Source: the human T2T-CHM13v2.0 reference genome, Homo sapiens. Taken from it: a DNA stretch of 64,000 bases. Shown in pieces: positions 28,120 through 39,535 of this stretch (position 1 is the first letter of the stretch; every line of letters begins with the position of its first letter). The stretch is from NCBI RefSeq assembly GCF_009914755.1, contig NC_060933.1. One strand, 5' to 3'. The position numbers were made by a program, and so were the translations under genes. The notes beneath the pieces were generated by a model, which was not told the origin of the DNA, made no database searches, and was given only the letters and a program-made list of their open reading frames with translations.

Positions 28120-28557
28120 CCGTATGGTAAACTGACTCTTTTAATATGTGTTCCAACATTTCATATATGATTTATTATTTGAAAATTACATATGCAGGGA
28201 TTTTAGTAATGACCATGGCAAAGTATAGAGATTGAAACATTATTTTTGTTTGTGTAGCATGATTATAAAGCCAATCAGTCTGGTGGTGGCTTCTTGTCTT
28301 TACATTGAGGCCAGGGAAGTGTGATCCTGTAGCCAGCACTTGAGACAATGCCAATATTTTTCATCAGATGTACGACTGTAACATGCGAAACTATTCCCTT
28401 GATAGGCAACCTGAGTTACCTTGTCCTAGGAGTAAATTTTATGGAACCAGCCCAACCACCAAATTTGTAAGCATCTAATTTGCTGTGTCTATATTCCTTA
28501 TTCTTAAAACTGGTAGATAAGTTTCTCTTATCTGCAACTAAATTCTGTATGATGCAG
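28120..28557 (+). mobile_element. Probable ancient MaLR/ERVL solo LTR inserted in L2
   Basis: L2 similarity stops near 28110 and resumes near 28558. The insert ends with the LTR-like 'tatctgcaactaaattctgtatgatgca'. Confidence 0.45.
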
Positions 28558-29009
28558 TTTCTGTAACATTCTCTTGTTGTTCTCTTTATTTCTCTTGTTG
28601 CTACTTTGGAGTCTTCTCAGCTAACAACTTTTCTTCTGCTCAACCTCAAACACTAAAGTACATCAGGTATCTATCCTGAAAGCATTTCTCTTCTTTAATT
28701 AAAAGAAGATTTAATTTATTTTCTGAGATAATCTCATTCAGTCCCACGCAGTATGTATAATACCACCTCTGTGCTGATGGATGCCAACCCATTTTCATTT
28801 TTGAGTTTAAATGTCTTATGAACTCTATGTTTTTATATCAAACTTCTTACTTCATATCACCACTTGTATCTCCTTGGCACATTCTAAAATACTCATTTTT
28901 TCAAAATAGTATACTTTTTCCTCCATTAGTACCTTTACTGCCCCATGAAATTTATCATCTTTCCAAGATTATATATTTTGATAAATTGCTCAGCAGTCAA
29001 CCTGAATAT

Positions 29010-29212
29010 CTCAAATTTTTCCAGAGATTATTTTATTTAATTCTCACAAAGAATCTTATGATGGAGGTGCTATCATTATTCCCATTTTACATATAGGAAA
29101 ATTCAGAGATGTTAGTAACTTCTGACATATTACATAGTTAATGAAATGTAGAGCCAGGATTCAAAATGAAACCTATATTTTAGATAATTCTACTTTTAAT
29201 GACTAAACTATA
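29010..29212 (-). mobile_element. MIR
   Basis: 'attattcccattttacatataggaaaattcagag...gtagagccaggattcaaa'. Confidence 0.8.
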
Positions 29213-29784
29213 CAGCTTTCTAATGAAAATGAGTGGTTTTAAACTTAAAAGAGCTCTAACATTAGTCTAATGTTCTGTACTGGGCTCAGGCGCTATGGTT
29301 AGAATCCCCATGGAATTATCACAGCAACCTCATGTAATAAGCATGTCTATCACTTTTTAAAAATGATAAACTATATATTCAAAGAGATTCATAAATTGAT
29401 CAAATAAACCGTCACTAAGGAAGGACAAAGACTAATGGCAGACAAGATATATACAGAAAAGGTGTTTAGTACCCAGGTATTTATAGGACATCTTCTTTGT
29501 TATTGGGCTGAGGTTTCCAAGAGAAGTAAGCAGGATTCAGATTTAGTATCTGGAATTCAGTGAAAGGGAATAAGATTAGCAGAACTATAGTCAGGGGTTG
29601 TCATGTAGCAGGTCTTTATCTTTATCTTCCTCAGACAATGGTCCCCATGGAGAACAGTTACTTTGCATGAACAAGACAGACCTGCAGGATATGAAGCTGT
29701 GGTCTGTCCACAGAAGTACAGTGTGCGAAGAAAGAAGAGCCTCTAAATTAGGGGAACCCTAAGGGGAGGGATGAGTTTCTCTCA

Positions 29785-29915
29785 TGATTTCTCCTTCTTC
29801 TCCTCCTCTTGCTGCTTCTTCTCCCCCTCCTCTTTCTATTTATTCCTTTCCTCCTTCTTCTCTTCCTCTCTACATTTTTTTTCCTCTGTCTACCACTTTT
29901 CCCCCTCCTTCTTCC
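29785..29915. repeat. CT-rich low-complexity polypyrimidine tract
   Basis: Degenerate (CTT/CCT)n; explains the Arg/Lys-rich and Leu/Phe-rich ORFs here. Confidence 0.85.
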
Positions 29916-30117
29916 AATTGTGTCCTTTATTTTGAAAGACATTTTCCTAAAAGTGAGAAAAAGAAATGTCAGGGTTGGAACTCTAAAGTCCAGAAGCAAG
30001 AAATGGCTGTTCAGAGTTGGTTACTGAAATCTGAATTTCCTTTCTTGTTATTTTCAAGAGTTCAGGGATGAGTAAAATTTCAGAGCACATCTTGTCCAGT
30101 AAGCCATTCATTCCTTG

Positions 30118-30737
30118 CTTTTAGTCATGAAGTCTTTGCCCATGCATATGTCCTGAATGGTATTGCCTAGGTTTTTTTCTAGGGGTTTTATGGTTTTATG
30201 TCTTACATTTAAATCTTTAATCCATCTTGAGTTAATTTTTGTATAAGGCATAATGAAGAGGTCCAGTTTCAGTTTTCTGCATATGGCTAGCCTGTTTTCC
30301 CAACACTATTCATTAAATAGGGAACCCTTTTCCCATTTCTTGTTTTTGTCAGGTTTGTGAAAGATCAGATGGTTGTAGATAGATGTGTGGTATTATTTCT
30401 GAGGTCTCTGTTTGTTCCATTGGTCTATATATCTGTTTTGTTACCAGTACCATGCTGTTTTGGTTACTGTAGCCTTATAGTATACTTTGAAGTCAGGTAG
30501 CATGATGCCTCCAGCTTTGTTCTTTTTGCTTAGGATCGTCTTGGCTATACAGGCTCTTTTTTGGTTACATATGAAGTTTAAAGTAATTTTTTCTGATTCT
30601 GTGAAGAAAGTCAGTGGTAGCTTGTTGGGAATAGCATTGAATCTATAAATTACTTTGGGCAGTATGGCCATTTTCATGATATTGATTCTTTCTAAACATG
30701 AGCATAGAATGTTTTTCCAATTTTGTGTTCTCTCTTA
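30118..30737 (-). mobile_element. Isolated L1PA (L1PA7/8-like) ORF2 internal fragment
   Basis: ORF 30441..30677(-) '[43 protein letters not shown]'. No 3'UTR or polyA. Confidence 0.9.
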
Positions 30738-33700
30738 TAGAGAAGGAAGCATTTTAAAACCCATACATGAGATGACTTATTTCGGAAGAAAGATTTTAGG
30801 GAGCAATCTTCTCTTATATCTGGGCATATATGGTTTATGAGAGAAAAGCAGGCTAAGGAAGAAAGGAAGAGTATAATTAAGCAAAATTCTTAGTTATCTC
30901 AATAGGAAACCAATAAAACCCTTGTGCAATCAGTAATTTACTAAAGAGCTGCATGCATATATGATTTGAAGAGATTAACAACTGGAAAACATAAAATGTT
31001 AAATGTAGGTTTTGACATCTAAAGGGAAGGATTTGAGTATGGAGCAAAACCATCTTTTAATTGAGAGATCTTCCTTATTATTTTATTTTAAAATTATATA
31101 CATTATTACTTTTAACAATTATAACACAGTTAAACAGCAACAAAAGAAATTTAACCCATTAGGCAATACTGTGGGCCTCATAATCCATAACTTCTAAGAC
31201 GAATCTCTATGAGCATATGATAAACCTTAGGTAGCTTGCTCCTATAAACCCGTTATGAATTACTTTACTTCACGTAGAAAATACACCACCAAAACCTATG
31301 CTGCCACTACAGAGCTCCTCTTCATGAATTAATGAAAATGCTGCTTTATGCTCTTTTTGTCCCTTTTGGCTGTAATTTGGAAATGCTTGGCTATAGTGCT
31401 GTTTAGAGATAGTTATAGGTGGTCGCTAACACTTGTTATGCATCATGCCCTATGGATCCCCTTGGATAAAAATGTTTTAATTACTCCAGTGGAATGAAGT
31501 GAAACACTTCACTGTATTGATTTGTCAGGTATAAGACATTCCTTGCTCTGCTAATTCTTGGCTCTGGCTGTTAAAGAGCCATGGCGTCTTGGTTTGCAGC
31601 CCAGAATTAGTTACATAAATAACTTCCTCATGGCTGGTCCACCTCCAGACTTGATGTGGTGCCACTATTTGTTAATATCATATCAGTGAGCAGACCTGCT
31701 CAGAATATGCAATGGCTTTCTTCATCTAGAAATTGCAGGAACAGTGACAGGTTAAGCACATGAATACAGGTGAAATAGCATTACAGCCCATGGCATCACC
31801 CGGAATTCATCTACATAAAAAAGCTATTTTCATGATCGGGTGGACCATATATGTCTACTCTGCTCCTTTTGGCCCTGCTTTTCATAACATTATATAACTT
31901 AAAACTTTTCTAAAAAATTCTTTCCTGTTGTTTTAACAGTGACAATTGTTATCTACAGTATATAGGACATAAGTATGGATTAATATTAGATTGATTTATT
32001 TGCATTGTGTTATATCAAAGAGAAATTATATTTCCTTACCACTCCACTTATCACCATAGAAATGACATGAAAACTCAAATAACCTGCATCCATGTGATTA
32101 TTTTCTGTGTTTAATATCGGTTGTCTCATACTGTGAGTAGGAGGAATCCATTTATTCCTGACTACAACTTAGATGAATGTTCAACATGTGAGGTGAAGGT
32201 TACTGTGTATAAGAAGTAACTATGATAATAAGAAGTCCAAGCATTTTTCAAATAACTTCATGCACAACTCTGCCCAGTAGGGGAACTCCACATGGAACAG
32301 GAGTAAACTGCTCTAATTGAAGTATTTTGGTGATATATGGAAATGTTAGGAAAAAAACAAACAAACAAAAAAATGAAGCAGAGAAACTGCTGTTGGTCTC
32401 TGGGAGAATTCTTTGAGCTCTCAGTGTGATCTGTTTATCTTGGACTTAGAAGCATATAGTCGTGCTGTGGTTAAAAATATTACTGTTCTATGCTCGTACA
32501 TGTGCAAGTATCATTTTAATAAATTGTTTATCAAACAGTTGTTATCTTTCCCCTATTACAATCCCAACTGTGTATTTAGGAAAGATATCTGCACTGTTAA
32601 ATCTTTCACGAAAATAAAGCGGTAGTTACAAAGATTTTAGGCCATAGCTGAAGAAAGGGGAAAGGATAATATACTTTCTCTTTGCCTTTACCTTCTACTA
32701 GATTAAAGGTATTCCTGGACTGTAAATATGATTTTGAGATATGTGATACAATTCTGTCACTCCAGAATATTTTGAAAGCCCCATAAAGCTATAAGATTGC
32801 TATTGGTTTTAAAATTTTTATACTGCGCTGCCTTTATTTATGAATACTAATCATTCAAATAACAGTGAGTAAATGGTATTCCAAAAACTTTTAACAGTCC
32901 CAAATATATAAGAAAGAATTATTTACTCAAAGAAGTCACTTTATGCAAATATACAATTGTAGAGTGATGTTTTGTCACATGTAGAAATAGATGATAATAA
33001 AGGAATAACAGAGAAGGTATTCGTCTTATAAAATCTAATTTATTATTGTTTTAGGTTTAATTGTTATCAATTTATTTTGGTAAGAGCGTTTTACAAAATA
33101 AAAATAAAAATCTCATGTCTAAATCAGAAGAAACAAAAGCAATTTTTAGCAATCCTTACACTAGTAAGGTTCAGAAAAATTGAAGAGTGACAGTCTCATC
33201 CTCAAGATTCCAATTTCTGTGTAGATTCCATAAATAATATAGAAGTATCACCTTGATCAAACCAATTTTGCTCTCATGGACTGAGTTTATTTATACACCT
33301 ATATAAAAAGGTATATGGGTTAAATAATAATATCTGTTCCACATTGATCATACTATAATTCATACAATAGTTCTTTTTGTCTAAAATATAATTCTGCCTA
33401 CAAATTCACATGTGAATGTTTAAACATTTTTTTACTCAAATCTCCTTCTTCACCATCAATCATTCTTGGGTATATTTTTCAAAAGGCTTATAATGAACTT
33501 TTAAAATGTTTAGAATAGATTTAGATATAGAGATTAGTGGCAAAGATAGTACGGAGTTTCTCTATATCCGTTACTCTTTCACTTGTTAAATCTTACCTTA
33601 CTATGGTCTGTTTGTCACAATAAATGAAACAATAGTGATACATTCTTATGAACTTAAAGTTCATACTGTTTTCATATTTTCTTACCTTTTAACTATGCCC

Positions 33701-34109
33701 ACCTTCTGTTTCATGATAACACATTCAATATTCATGTTTACTCAGGCTCCTGTTGACTGTTACAGTTTCTCAGATTTCCCTTGTGTCTGGTGACCTTGAC
33801 ATTTTTGAAGAGTACTACTCTGGCATTTTTACAGTACCCTGTAATTGGAATGTGTCTGATTTTTGTCTCATGTTTAGGCTGAAATTATCCTTTTTCGTGA
33901 AGAAGACCACAGAGGTAAAGTGGCATTCTTGATACGTCATATCTAGGAGGGTGCACACTGTCAACATGAATTATCACTATTGATGTTAACATTAATCACT
34001 TGGCTGTGATAGTGCTTGTCATATTTTTCCACTGTAACAGAAACTCCTTTTCCTCCTCTTTCCATACTCCTTGGAAATATTTCACTATGTGCAGCACACA
34101 CTTAAGGAG

Positions 34110-34166
34110 CTTCTTTGAGGGCAAAACTTCTTTGAGGGCAAAAACACTTCTTTGAGGTCAAAAACA
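34110..34166. repeat. Three tandem copies of a 17-20 bp unit
   Basis: cttctttgagggcaaaa / cttctttgagggcaaaaaca / cttctttgaggtcaaaaaca. Confidence 0.9.
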
Positions 34167-36112
34167 TCCTAATAAACCATTTGGCATTTTCTCTGTGTGA
34201 AATATTTGTCTACTCTTTCCAGCTATTTATTTATTAAATCATTTGTTTATATTAACATAGACTGATGAACATTTATTTATACTTCGGATTAGGAACCAAT
34301 AGTATATTTATGTGTTGCATAAAATGTTAGATTTGATCACTGGGAGCTCTTTCATTTGGCTCCTATGTTGCATTCAGATACCCCCATACTTGTGATTTTT
34401 GTTTTTTGTTTAAAGCACTTTACCTTCCGGCACTACAAGATGCTCCAACACCATGTTGTACATTTCCTGCCCCAGTTCTAGAATCAGCCATTCCTCCCAG
34501 AATCCCTGGTTTCTTTGATTAGAAAATGATATTAGAAAATAAGATCTAAGCGTTAGAAGCACTCTTTACTACCAGAGTGTCATTGCCTAAGCCCTCTCAG
34601 CTGACTGAGCAAGAAAATAGCTGTGTGTATACAAATGCATCTATATGTGAATATCTGTACATTTTTTATAATACATCCATCTGTATCTATATTAAACTAA
34701 ACATGAGGTTATGTTGATGCCTCCAACTCTAAGCCATTAGCATATGGATCATTCTAATATTCTACCCTTGCTTATCTGTAACCTCCCACTCCAATAGTTT
34801 GAAATCTAGCTTCCACTAGCTACCATCTATTTAATTATTTGATACTAGTATATAAATGTATTGTGGTTTTAGAATTGTTCACCTTTACTTTCGTTGAAAG
34901 CAATGTTATCAATTAGAAATGAAGGTTTATTATGTGCAGTCCCTTTTGCCTTTAGTAATATAGTCCCCATTCTTTTCCAAAGATACTTAAGGTCACTGTA
35001 TTTCCCTAGCCCCCACCATCCGCTTCAGTGAGATTGTTTCATAATCTGTAATACAGGTAAACTATTTTCTCACAGTCCCCGTTCCATGCTGGGAGTCCTG
35101 AAAATCCCAAATTCTTTAATTTCTATATGCTAAGGTTCACTCTTTATGTGGAGAAGTTCTACGGTTTTGATAAATGCACAATAGCATGTTATTCTGCATT
35201 ACAAAATCAAATAGTATAGTCTAACCACTATTAAAAAAAATCCCCTCTGGATATTCAGGCAACTCTTCTACAACCCTCCCAAATCTCTGGTAAGCGTTGA
35301 CGGACTTACTGTCTCTGTAACTTTGCCTTTACAAAATTGTATATAAATAGAATGATACTATATATAGCATTGTTTGACTTCTTTCTCTTAGCAAAATATA
35401 CTTAAGGTTCATCTATCTTTTCACAAGACTTGATAGTTCATAGTGTTTTATCACTGAAGGATAGTGTTCCACTTTATAGATGTTCTTCAGCTTGCTTATC
35501 CATTCATTTATTGAAGGACATTTGGTTGCTTCTGATGTTTAGTGATTTTGAATAGAACTGCTATAAATCTTTGTGTGCGTATGTTAGTATGAACATAAAT
35601 TCTCAAATTGATGGGAAACACTTAGGAATGCTATTTCTGCACCACATAGCAAGGCTTTGTTTGGCTTTATAAGAGGCTGCCATACTGTATTCCAAAGTGG
35701 CTATCTCGTTTGACATTTTGACCATTAACAATTGAGATTTCTTATTGCTTTACATCTCCACCAATAATTTGTATTGTCAATTTCTAGATTTTTAAGCATT
35801 AGACTGGGTCAGCACTGGTATCTCATTTTTCAAATTTTCATTTCCTTAATGGATAATGAAGTAGAGTATGTTTTCAGATTTATTTTCCATTTGCATATTT
35901 TCTTGGTAAAATGTCTGCTCAGATTTTTTGCTCATTTTTATTTGGGTTCTCTGTTTCTCTTGCTGGGTTTTACGACTTACTTGTGTATGTTGACTAAATT
36001 CTTTATCAAATATATGCTTTGAAAACTTTTTCTTCCAGTCTGAGACTTATTTTTGATTATTTTAACAGTGTTTTTGACAAAACAGAAGTTTGGCATTTTT
36101 TCTCTGCTTTTC

Positions 36113-36205
36113 TTCTTTTTTAATACTTTTTTTATTATACTTTAAGTTTTAGGGTACATGTGCACAACATGCAGGTTTGTTACATATGTATACATGTGCC
36201 ATGTT
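36113..36205 (-). mobile_element. Tiny 5'-truncated L1PA 3' end
   Basis: 'tattatactttaagttttagggtacatgtgcac...gccatgtt' plus T-tail. TSD tctctgcttttc (36101-36112) / tgtctgcttttc (36206-36217). Confidence 0.9.
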
Positions 36206-37466
36206 TGTCTGCTTTTCACATGTGGATGTCCAATTCCTCCAGCATCAATTATTAAAAAGGTTATTCCTTCTCAACTCTATCACCTTGGTGGTTTTGTTAA
36301 AAATCAATTGACAATATTTATACTAAGTTTTCAAATGAAACAGTGTAAGTCCTCCAACTTTGTTCTCCTTTAGTTTGTGTTGGCTATTCTTATTCTTTTA
36401 TCTTTCCATATAAACTTTTGAATTAGTTTGTTAATATTTACAAAATTGCTTCCTATGATTTTGATTTACTTGGATTGAATCTATAGATCTACATTTTTCT
36501 TGCTTAAGAATAAGAGTGACAGTTTCCAAACCCTACATTTTGAAGCTGAAATCGAAAGTCAGTATCCTTTGATTAAAGATGATGTGTTATTGGTGTCTAC
36601 TAGTGAGGGAATAGGACGAGTATGGTATTCCTTTGTCATGATGGATAGTATTTCAATAATTTGTTTTCAAGTAAGATTCAAAATTAGAATATATTTTGTA
36701 TGAGCATGATATACATGGCTGTCTTAGTGAAAATAGTAATTATTCCCTCAATTTTTCTGTCACAGAACAACTCCCCTCCTTGACAAATTTCAGAGTTACA
36801 TTTGATATCAGATACCCTCATCCAAATGAGTTTTCTTTGATTTCATCTGATTTACTAGTATTTAAAAGTTACTGACAAAGTTGTCAAAAGCCAAAATTGT
36901 AATGTTCCTTTGTTATGTCAATGATTTGGTGATGTAAGTTAGTAGAAAATCAGAGATGGCCAAAACAACCTCCAGCTGTTAAAGGATCCCAGCATAAGTT
37001 ATCAGAGTAAATGCCACATTCCCCCACAGGTTTGTCTGATGTAATGATATATTCAGTGTTAATTAACAATAGAGAACCCATTTGGGAAAATATAGGCAAG
37101 GTTGCATAGGAGTGACACAACAGTTAAGAACCAAAAATTACAAATCTGGAAATCCTAATGCCCAATGAAATCTTAGCTAGACAGTCATTAAAATTATGTA
37201 GATATTTTTAAATGTTAACAGCAGTTAGCACAAATAGCATTTTTATTACATGCAGAATTAAATTGTATTATCTTAAATGCTTGAACTGGAAAATATGTAT
37301 ATTTAGTTACTTGGTCAGAAAATTGGAAGAAATTTAGTTATATCCAATATCTTCTCATCATGCATAAAACCAAGACCTAAGCAATCATACGATTCTGGGA
37401 AACATTTACTATTTCAAAAGGATTCTCACTGTTATAAATAATTAAGTAGGTGTCATAACTGCTTTT

Positions 37467-37471
<5 letters not shown>

Positions 37472-37508
<37 letters not shown>
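37472..37508. repeat. (AC)18 perfect microsatellite
   Basis: Direct inspection. Confidence 0.95.
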
Positions 37509-37510
<2 letters not shown>

Positions 37511-37977
37511 TTCTGAAACTGTGTCTAAGTTACAAAGGCCTGGGCTAACAGTAACCACAAAAATGTTTAATAGCATGTTGTATAAAGTCATGGTAGATAA
37601 TTTACTTATGGGCAATGGAGCAAGATATTCTTAAAGATAGTTCTCAACATATGACAGCATTCCAGCAAGAAAGTCCATAAACCATATCTCCTCTACATTT
37701 TTCCCACATAGAAGGGAGACATAACTTTCTCCAATAAGGTGCAATAAGAATATTTGCAGAATAGACATCTTTAACTGTCCCAAACTGCCTAAAGCCTAAT
37801 ATTTGCATGGATATGTGATTATAAAATATTAGCAAAGCAAAGGACAAGGGCAAATAAATATTGATGATGAAATTTACACAAACTCTGAGTAAATTGCACA
37901 GATAAATGAACTATCTAAACTAAAATTAGTCTTCAATTAGTGTAGCAGTCCTAAATGGAAATGGTGATTATATTCAT

Positions 37978-38054
37978 GAGTATTAACACACAACACAGAC
38001 CAGACTGTTAGCACAATACCGACCAGAGTATTAGCTCACAATACAGACCAGAGT
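37978..38054. repeat. About 3 copies of a 23-25 bp minisatellite unit
   Basis: gagtattaacacacaacacagacca / gactgttagcacaataccgacca / gagtattagctcacaatacagacca. Confidence 0.8.
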
Positions 38055-38199
38055 GGATTATGGTAATGGATCAGAGGATGATATGGAAGCAGCAACAGGC
38101 CAGAAAGAATGACGAAAAAATATTTTTTCTCTAGAATATTATGAATAAATTAGAAGTTAATATTAGTTTAAAAGTTATGTATGTGAATTCTAGTTTTTC

Positions 38200-38433
38200 A
38201 TGTGTGGTTATGAAGGCAGTTCAATGTGGACAAATTGCTCATATTTGATTTCTGTTCCTAATACTTAACAATGGTATAATATTGGAGAAAGATTCATTTT
38301 CCTCATCATCTGAGATAATAAATTTAGCAGTACCTCAAAACCATAGGATCATTATGAGGATTAGATAATATAATAAATGCAATGTGCTTAAAAGAGTGTC
38401 TTGCATTTAATAATTTCTCAATAAATGTTAGTT
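38200..38433 (+). mobile_element. MIR
   Basis: 'ttttcctcatc..atgaggattagataa..gtgcttaaaagagtgtcttgca..ctcaataaatgttag'. Confidence 0.8.
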
Positions 38434-39065
38434 TCTTCATTATATGTTATATAAACAGCATATAAAATGCTATGTAAAATACATATGTGTATTATAAATT
38501 ATGTATATAATAGACCAGTAAAATTTTGAATATTATAGAAATATGTTAAGCACATGTATAAACTAAGTTTTGTATATTTTTATTTAATATTTTTGTTAAA
38601 ATATTTGAGAGTGGGGCATTTTATAAAGTTGATTCTATACAGTAAATTAAATTATTTTCAATTTATATTTTATCCTTCTATCCATAAAATCAAAAAGAAA
38701 AAACATTCTATATGAAGTAACCTGACATTAGAGTATCACATTAAGGAGAAAAATCTTTATTATTTTTTGAATGAGCAATCTTCAGTAGGCCTCATATTAG
38801 TGAATGTAAAATGCTCTTGATTGGCATATGAACGTTAACCTACCTTTTGTGAAAGAATATTTATAAATTCCATTAAGGGCATCTTTTATAGTCAAATGAC
38901 TAAATTTTTCTTGTAATTCAATTATACTTGCAATCTAGAGTCACCATATAATTACATACTTTCTATTTTATGTTTTATTAATTAGATTTCTTGAAAATGA
39001 GGAATACAACATCACATCTGTAAATGACTTGTCATGTTACAATCCCTTACCTGAACTTAGCAGAC

Positions 39066-39130
39066 TACACACTCACAGACACACATACACAAATGCAGCA
39101 CACACACACACACACACATACACATCTACA
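39066..39130. repeat. CA-rich simple repeat
   Basis: Direct inspection. Confidence 0.8.
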
Positions 39131-39187
39131 TACTGTTTCAAACTTTGAAGTAGAAATAGCTTGATTCCAGCAATATGGAGTATAATT

Positions 39188-39317
39188 AAATGACCACATA
39201 ATTTATCATCTAAAGCAGAACATCTTGGAAGTGAAAGGTGGCTCTATTTATAATTACTCAGGAATGACAGATGTTAAAGAGATTGTCATAGGCAAACCAA
39301 AATGCATAGTGACCCTA
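39188..39317 (+). mobile_element. MER94 (hAT-Blackjack MITE)
   Basis: 'tgaccacataatttatcatctaaa..gtgaaaggtggctctatt..ggcaaacc..atagtgaccct' follows the recalled MER94 consensus over about 130 bp. Confidence 0.75.
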
Positions 39318-39379
39318 ACTGGAATATGGGAAAGAGAGCATATACAGTGTTCATCAGCTTGCAAGATAGTAAACACTCT

Positions 39380-39535
39380 TGAATTGATTTGAATCCAGGT
39401 GCTAACTTTTTATAGCTGGATAAGTTAATTTATAATCTCCTTAGTTATGAGTTTTCTCATCTCAACAGATGGATTAATATTACCTTTCATAGAATTGCTA
39501 TGATAATCTGATGTGAAAATGTATAAAGGAATAGT
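39380..39535 (+). mobile_element. MIR
   Basis: 'tttgaatccagg..agttttctcatct..tacctttcatagaattgctatga'. Confidence 0.65.

Larger units (their letters stand above)
33495..36490 (-). mobile_element. L1MC/L1MD-type LINE, long 3'UTR plus ORF2 end
   Basis: 3' end 'tttagaatagatttaga..gcaaagatagtac..tgtcacaataaatgaaacaata..gatacatt'; ORF2-like antisense sequence at about 35500-36490. Confidence 0.8.

Noticed and set aside
29748-30071. Protamine-like Arg/Lys-rich ORF and overlapping hydrophobic ORFs
   Set aside because: These are translations of a CT-rich low-complexity tract.
30118-30737. The orphan L1 fragment as the piece excised from the rearranged L1PA at 17 kb
   Set aside because: It overlaps sequence still present at 16913-17014 and differs there at several positions (tcttacatttaaatc vs tctaatatttaagtc), pointing to a different, older copy.
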